From positions 1 to 36,030 of the forward strand of contig DAOVCF010000001.1 in NCBI GenBank assembly GCA_030670165.1: a DNA stretch of 36,030 bases, in the 5' to 3' direction. Numbering within the stretch: position 1 is the first letter of the stretch; each line of letters starts with the position of its first letter. Below the pieces are notes generated by a model. That model did no database searches, was not told the origin of the DNA, and worked only from the letters and a program-made list of their open reading frames with translations. This DNA is from Candidatus Stahliibacteriota bacterium. Lineage in GTDB: Bacteria; Hydrothermota; Tepidihabitantia; B3-TA06. Positions 32,704-36,030 of this stretch are shown here, piece after piece. The position numbers were made by a program, and so were the translations under genes.

Positions 32704-34086
32704 TCACCTTCTCCTGCCACGAACGAGAATCCAAAACACCGCCAGATGTGAGATTAACCCTACACCCAGCATCGCAAAGAAGGGCTGACCAACAACGGCC
32801 CCGAGGAAGATGACAAAGAGTCGGAGGTCCCTCTTGGCAAGCCTTGGCAGAAACCGGCTAGGGGATGGTTTCTGAAACCGAAGCTGGTACTCCTTCTTAG
32901 AATAGCTTGCCAATAGGAAGCCGGATAGTGCGCCGATCCCGGCCAACCATACCCAGAACTCGGGATGAGTAAGCCAGAATCCATAGGTGACGCCTGCTGC
33001 AATGGAAAGATCGGCATACCGGTCGAGGATCGTATCAAAAAAAGCCCCGAAGCGGCTACCGAGAGCTTTAAGTCGAGCGATCTCACCGTCGCAGCCGTCG
33101 ATTATCGAGGAGACCTGAATCAAGACCCCGGCAAATAGCACCGGAAGATAACCTTGGCGCGTAAAGAGCCAGGCTCCCAGGAGGGCGATAGCGAAGGAGA
33201 CGACGGTAATGGTGTTTGGGGTAACCGGGGTGTGAGCGAGTAACCGCGAGAGGCGGATTGAAAGAGGGCGGTTGAGATAGCGGGCGATGAAGCCGTCCTC
33301 ACTTGGTTTGTCAACTTGCTCCGCAAGGCGACGTTTCGCCTCCCTTAAACTCCGGGGGGTATCAACGTCGAGCCAAAAGCGCTTGCCGATATCATACGTC
33401 CTCATGCGCCCCTCGGCGGCCAGCTCGGCGATCCCGTCGGAGAGTTCATACCTGCCCTTGGCTTGGACCCTGGCCAGCGGCGCAAAGATCGCAGGGGTAA
33501 GAAGAAAGATACCCGTATCTATCCCGTCGTATCTTGTTAAGTCCTTTCCTATAGCCCTGATGCGGCCCGATTGAGTGGAAACCTTGGTCGCACCTCGAAG
33601 ATCGAAGACCCGCTCGGTCCGCCTGTCTATCGCCAGAAAGCAGGAATCGTCCTCGGACCCCACACGCAAGAGTCCTGCAAGCAGCCCCGGCTCAAACAGA
33701 TGGTCGCCCATCACGAGCACAAACGGCTCGGTGAGTTTGCCGCGACAGGCAAGCAGTGAGGTTCCGTTTCCCTTTTCCCAGTCCGGGTTTTCGACCACCT
33801 CAATCCGAACCGATCTCTTTCTCGCCAGCCGCGTCAGAAAGGACCGCATCGGCTTGGGTTTGTAGCCGGTTACCACGATGAAGTCGGAGAGTCCTGCCAC
33901 CTTGCATGACAGGACTACGCGTTCCAGTAGCGGCAACCCGAGGACCCTGCGCATCGGTTTCAACTCATTCTTTCTCTCTCGTAGCCGACTTCCCCTACCG
34001 GCAGCGAGGATGACTACCTTCCTGACCGTAAGCCTTTGCCGGCTACCCCTGTTCTTGCCGCTTTCTATCACATCCGCAACCCACAT
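32704..34086 (-). CDS. Fused CTP:inositol-1-phosphate cytidylyltransferase / CDP-alcohol phosphatidyltransferase (IPCT/DIPPS-like)
   Basis: N-terminal nucleotidyltransferase 'VVILAAGRGSRL'. The C-terminal membrane domain has an intact CDP-alcohol motif 'DGCDGEIARLKALGSRFGAFFDTILD' (DxxDGxxAR-x8-G-x3-D-x3-D). Confidence 0.8.
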   Translation of the reverse strand: MWVADVIESGKNRGSRQRLTVRKVVILAAGRGSRLRERKNELKPMRRVLGLPLLERVVLSCKVAGLSDFIVVTGYKPKPMRSFLTRLARKRSVRIEVVENPDWEKGNGTSLLACRGKLTEPFVLVMGDHLFEPGLLAGLLRVGSEDDSCFLAIDRRTERVFDLRGATKVSTQSGRIRAIGKDLTRYDGIDTGIFLLTPAIFAPLARVQAKGRYELSDGIAELAAEGRMRTYDIGKRFWLDVDTPRSLREAKRRLAEQVDKPSEDGFIARYLNRPLSIRLSRLLAHTPVTPNTITVVSFAIALLGAWLFTRQGYLPVLFAGVLIQVSSIIDGCDGEIARLKALGSRFGAFFDTILDRYADLSIAAGVTYGFWLTHPEFWVWLAGIGALSGFLLASYSKKEYQLRFQKPSPSRFLPRLAKRDLRLFVIFLGAVVGQPFFAMLGVGLISHLAVFWILVRGRRR

Positions 34087-34181
34087 CTCGTGATTACAAA
34101 GGGAATCTTACCCATCGCAACTTCCTTTCGTTGAGATCGAGATCTCTATAAAAAGGGGATCTGCCTGATGCTATCTAAAGC

Positions 34182-34209
34182 ATTCTATGCCACTGAGGGG
34201 GAATGTCAA
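34182..34209 (-). promoter_or_regulatory. sigma70-type promoter of the IPCT/DIPPS-like gene
   Basis: On the minus strand: TTGACA (34209-34204), 16 nt spacer, TAGAAT (34187-34182). Confidence 0.45.
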
Positions 34210-34356
34210 GGGCGAAGGTAAGTCCAAGAGGACCGTTCAATGCAAATTTACTCCGCAGGCGTCGTCCTCCGGTCAAATATCAAAATGCAAAATGGATGAG
34301 AGCAGGAGGACCGCGACAATGAATTTTGATTTTTGCAATGAACCCGTCTCCGGGTC

Positions 34357-34383
34357 TTGACAAACCTTAGACATGGGTATACT
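34357..34383 (+). promoter_or_regulatory. Candidate promoter of the tandem beta-rich protein genes
   Basis: TTGACA 34357-34362, 15 nt spacer, TATACT 34378-34383. The track ORF 'start' at 34357 is the TTG of this box. Confidence 0.35.
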
Positions 34384-34404
34384 TTCTTGTGGAAAGGAGG
34401 ATTG

Positions 34405-35076
34405 ATGAAGCTGAATAAACGAATCGCGTCAATTCTTAGAATAAGTGCGTGTGTTACGGGTATTATATGTGTTGCGGGTGTTACGGGTGTTGTGTGTGTT
34501 ACGGGTACGGGCTGCGTGGCTCCGTTCTACGGCACGGCAAGGATAGAGCCGGGGTTTCATGTCAATGCCGGTGTTGGCGTAGGGCAGTTCATAGGTGGCT
34601 CTTACGAGGCAACGAGTCGTTATATCGGTCCCCGTGCTGATGTTGAGGTAGGATATGCATTCAGCCACTTTTTTAAGACCCACCTAAGGGCAGGTGGAGG
34701 CTGGGGATGGAGATCGGAAGAATACGTGGAAGGCGAAAGCCCTTCTCGTCCAGAGGCGACTCTTCTGGACGGAGCCATAGGAATCCAGGTCTCCTCCCCC
34801 CATCATTACCCCACTCCTGCCCTGCGCCTGGAGGTAGGACTGGGAGGAGTGAGCACGGATCTGATGTTCGGGATAGGGGAACCCGAATGGCTCACCCTGG
34901 GCACTCGCGTATACTTCTTCAAGGAAGAGCTGGCACAATTTTACCTGCCGGTTGCTCCGTTTATAGGGATACATCCTTTACCCCACCTTTCGATTTTTGC
35001 TTCGCCGGGGACGTTTGCCTTTTACGAAGACTACAAGCCGCTCTTCTCTGTAGGCGTAGGCTACAAACTTAAGTAG
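34405..35076 (+). CDS. Uncharacterised secreted/outer-membrane beta-rich protein, paralog 1, with a Cys/Val/Thr/Gly-repeat N-terminus
   Basis: ATG at 34405 follows AAAGGAGG. The N-terminus is 'ISACVTGIICVAGVTGVVCVTGTGC'. The body is Gly/aromatic alternating, and the C-terminus 'HPLPHLSIFASPGT..FSVGVGYKLK' is shared with the next gene. Confidence 0.55.
   Translation: MKLNKRIASILRISACVTGIICVAGVTGVVCVTGTGCVAPFYGTARIEPGFHVNAGVGVGQFIGGSYEATSRYIGPRADVEVGYAFSHFFKTHLRAGGGWGWRSEEYVEGESPSRPEATLLDGAIGIQVSSPHHYPTPALRLEVGLGGVSTDLMFGIGEPEWLTLGTRVYFFKEELAQFYLPVAPFIGIHPLPHLSIFASPGTFAFYEDYKPLFSVGVGYKLK
34451..34512 (+). repeat. In-frame tandem repeat GTGTT(A/G)CGGGT (4 copies) plus a (TG)n run
   Basis: Copies start at 34451, 34469, 34478 and 34496, with spacings of 18, 9 and 18 nt. 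A TGTGTGTG run lies at about 34491-34498. Confidence 0.85.
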
Positions 35077-35090
35077 AAAAGGAAGATAAA

Positions 35091-35720
35091 ATGAAGGTAG
35101 TTAATTGGATCGTTATACTTCTGCTTCCTACAGGACTCATAGCCTTCCTGCCACAGACCTTTCAAACCGCGGAGGTTGAAGGCGGCTCGACCTCGTTGAC
35201 CGCGAGCACTATGGGCGAATATTTCAACTACGGGTTTATGGGTTGGTACGTTGAGGGAACGGGGGTAAGATCACAAATATCGTGTCATTATACGTTCGGT
35301 AAGGCAGCTCCTCTAATTGTGTTCGGGTATGCCGGTATGTTAGTCAATCAAAGTGACTTAGGGTTGTTTGATTGGGGCGATGATCCAAAAATCTCATTCT
35401 GGCCTTCAGGCGGAATCGGAGTACAGGCGGAGTTAGTGGAAAAACCCTCCCTAGCGCTTCAGTTTTCAACCGAGTTCCCCACCTTGCTTTCTTTAACGTT
35501 TCTTGCCGGGATCAACTCACGCCAGATCAACCGCGAGATAGTAACCATCGGCATCAAGACCACTCCGGGCCCAGTAGATTTTCTGCCTATTATCCCTTCC
35601 TCGGTCTTTATAACAGTACACCCCACGCCAAGACTTCACATTCTTGCAGGGGGAACAACCCTTTGGATGGTAGGCGGAGAGGTGCACGCCGGAGTGGGTT
35701 ACACAATCTTAAATAAATGA
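35091..35720 (+). CDS. Uncharacterised secreted/outer-membrane beta-rich protein, paralog 2
   Basis: AAGGAAG RBS. N-terminal hydrophobic 'WIVILLLPTGLIAFL'. C-terminal 'HPTPRLHILAGGTT..HAGVGYTILNK' aligns with paralog 1. Confidence 0.55.
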   Translation: MKVVNWIVILLLPTGLIAFLPQTFQTAEVEGGSTSLTASTMGEYFNYGFMGWYVEGTGVRSQISCHYTFGKAAPLIVFGYAGMLVNQSDLGLFDWGDDPKISFWPSGGIGVQAELVEKPSLALQFSTEFPTLLSLTFLAGINSRQINREIVTIGIKTTPGPVDFLPIIPSSVFITVHPTPRLHILAGGTTLWMVGGEVHAGVGYTILNK

Positions 35721-35765
35721 TGGGGGACAGGATTGATTCTTGCTTCTATCCATGTAAGCTTATTT

Positions 35766-36030
35766 GATGGATAAACGCTCCCTCGGTCAAAAGGGTGAAG
35801 AGATAACCCAGCGATTCCTAAAAAAGCAAGGCTACCGCATCCTAGCCCGCAACTTCCACACCCGGTGGGGAGAGCTGGATATCGTGGCCCAGGACGGGGC
35901 AGAGGTTGTCTTTGTGGAGGTTAAAACCCGCACATCAAGCGACTTCGTACGGCCTGAAGAAGCGGTCAATTTCAAGAAACAAGATCATTTAAGAAAAGCG
36001 GCTGAAATCTGGCTTGCAAAGAACTACTCA
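35766..36030 (+). CDS. yraN: YraN-family (UPF0102) endonuclease-like protein; 3' end runs off the window
   Basis: Absent from the track because it is truncated. My translation is 'MDKRSLGQKGEEITQRFLKKQGYRILARNFHTRWGELDIVAQDGAEVVFVEVKTR', which carries the YraN 'GE.D.IA..G..LVFVEVK.R' signature. Confidence 0.8.

Noticed and set aside
1-36030. CRISPR arrays, tRNA/rRNA genes, transposases, integrases, prophage or toxin-antitoxin/defence islands
   Set aside because: I scanned the intergenic regions by eye and found no regularly spaced repeats, no tRNA-like cloverleaf starts and no recombinase or nuclease-helicase type ORFs. The partial yraN at the 3' edge is a common housekeeping-type gene, not evidence of a defence system.

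Overview
This 36 kb segment looks chromosomal and comes from a diderm, probably anaerobic, uncultured-type bacterium. The pointers are lipobox lipoproteins, SurA/SppA/Ctp envelope genes, a T9SS-like C-terminal sorting domain, and desulforedoxin plus rubrerythrin-like genes. I can support about 33 protein-coding genes. I also see many canonical sigma70-type promoters (TTGACA-N16/17-TAnnnT), a few intrinsic terminators and a small hairpin-repeat family. I see no rRNA, tRNA, CRISPR array, transposase or integrase.

Gene order:
- three tandem SurA/PpiD-like parvulin chaperones (-)
- tldD-pmbA (+)
- a 40-aa desulforedoxin (absent from the ORF track) with a rubrerythrin-like gene (-)
- a SAM methyltransferase and an FmdB zinc-ribbon protein (+)
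- an envelope-glycosylation-like operon (-): TPR lipoprotein, two paralogous GT-C/PMT-ArnT-like membrane proteins, UDP-galactopyranose-mutase-like flavoprotein
- a PPC-domain lipoprotein
- a cluster of a P-loop-degenerate small-GTPase-like protein, a small lipoprotein, a tandem-ACT protein, a PATAN/DUF4388 protein and a convergent Roadblock/LC7 protein
- a CRTAC1/ASPIC FG-GAP protein
- an SppA with an N-terminal beta-barrel-like extension
- a lipoprotein, a cNMP-binding protein and asnS
- cysH plus two TSUP/TauE permeases, one of them half-size
- ctpA and tmk
- myo-inositol-1-phosphate synthase plus a fused IPCT/DIPPS
- two paralogous uncharacterised beta-rich secreted proteins
- a partial yraN

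The candidates I rate highest are:
- the GTPase-like/ACT/PATAN/Roadblock cluster
- the inositol (CDP-inositol/DIP) gene pair
- the beta-barrel-SppA fusion
- a gene-conversion tract between the two GT-C paralogs
- apparent leaderless promoters
- a stop-codon-abutting hairpin family

No clear-cut defence or mobile system is visible. All functional calls rest on motif recognition by eye and need profile searches.
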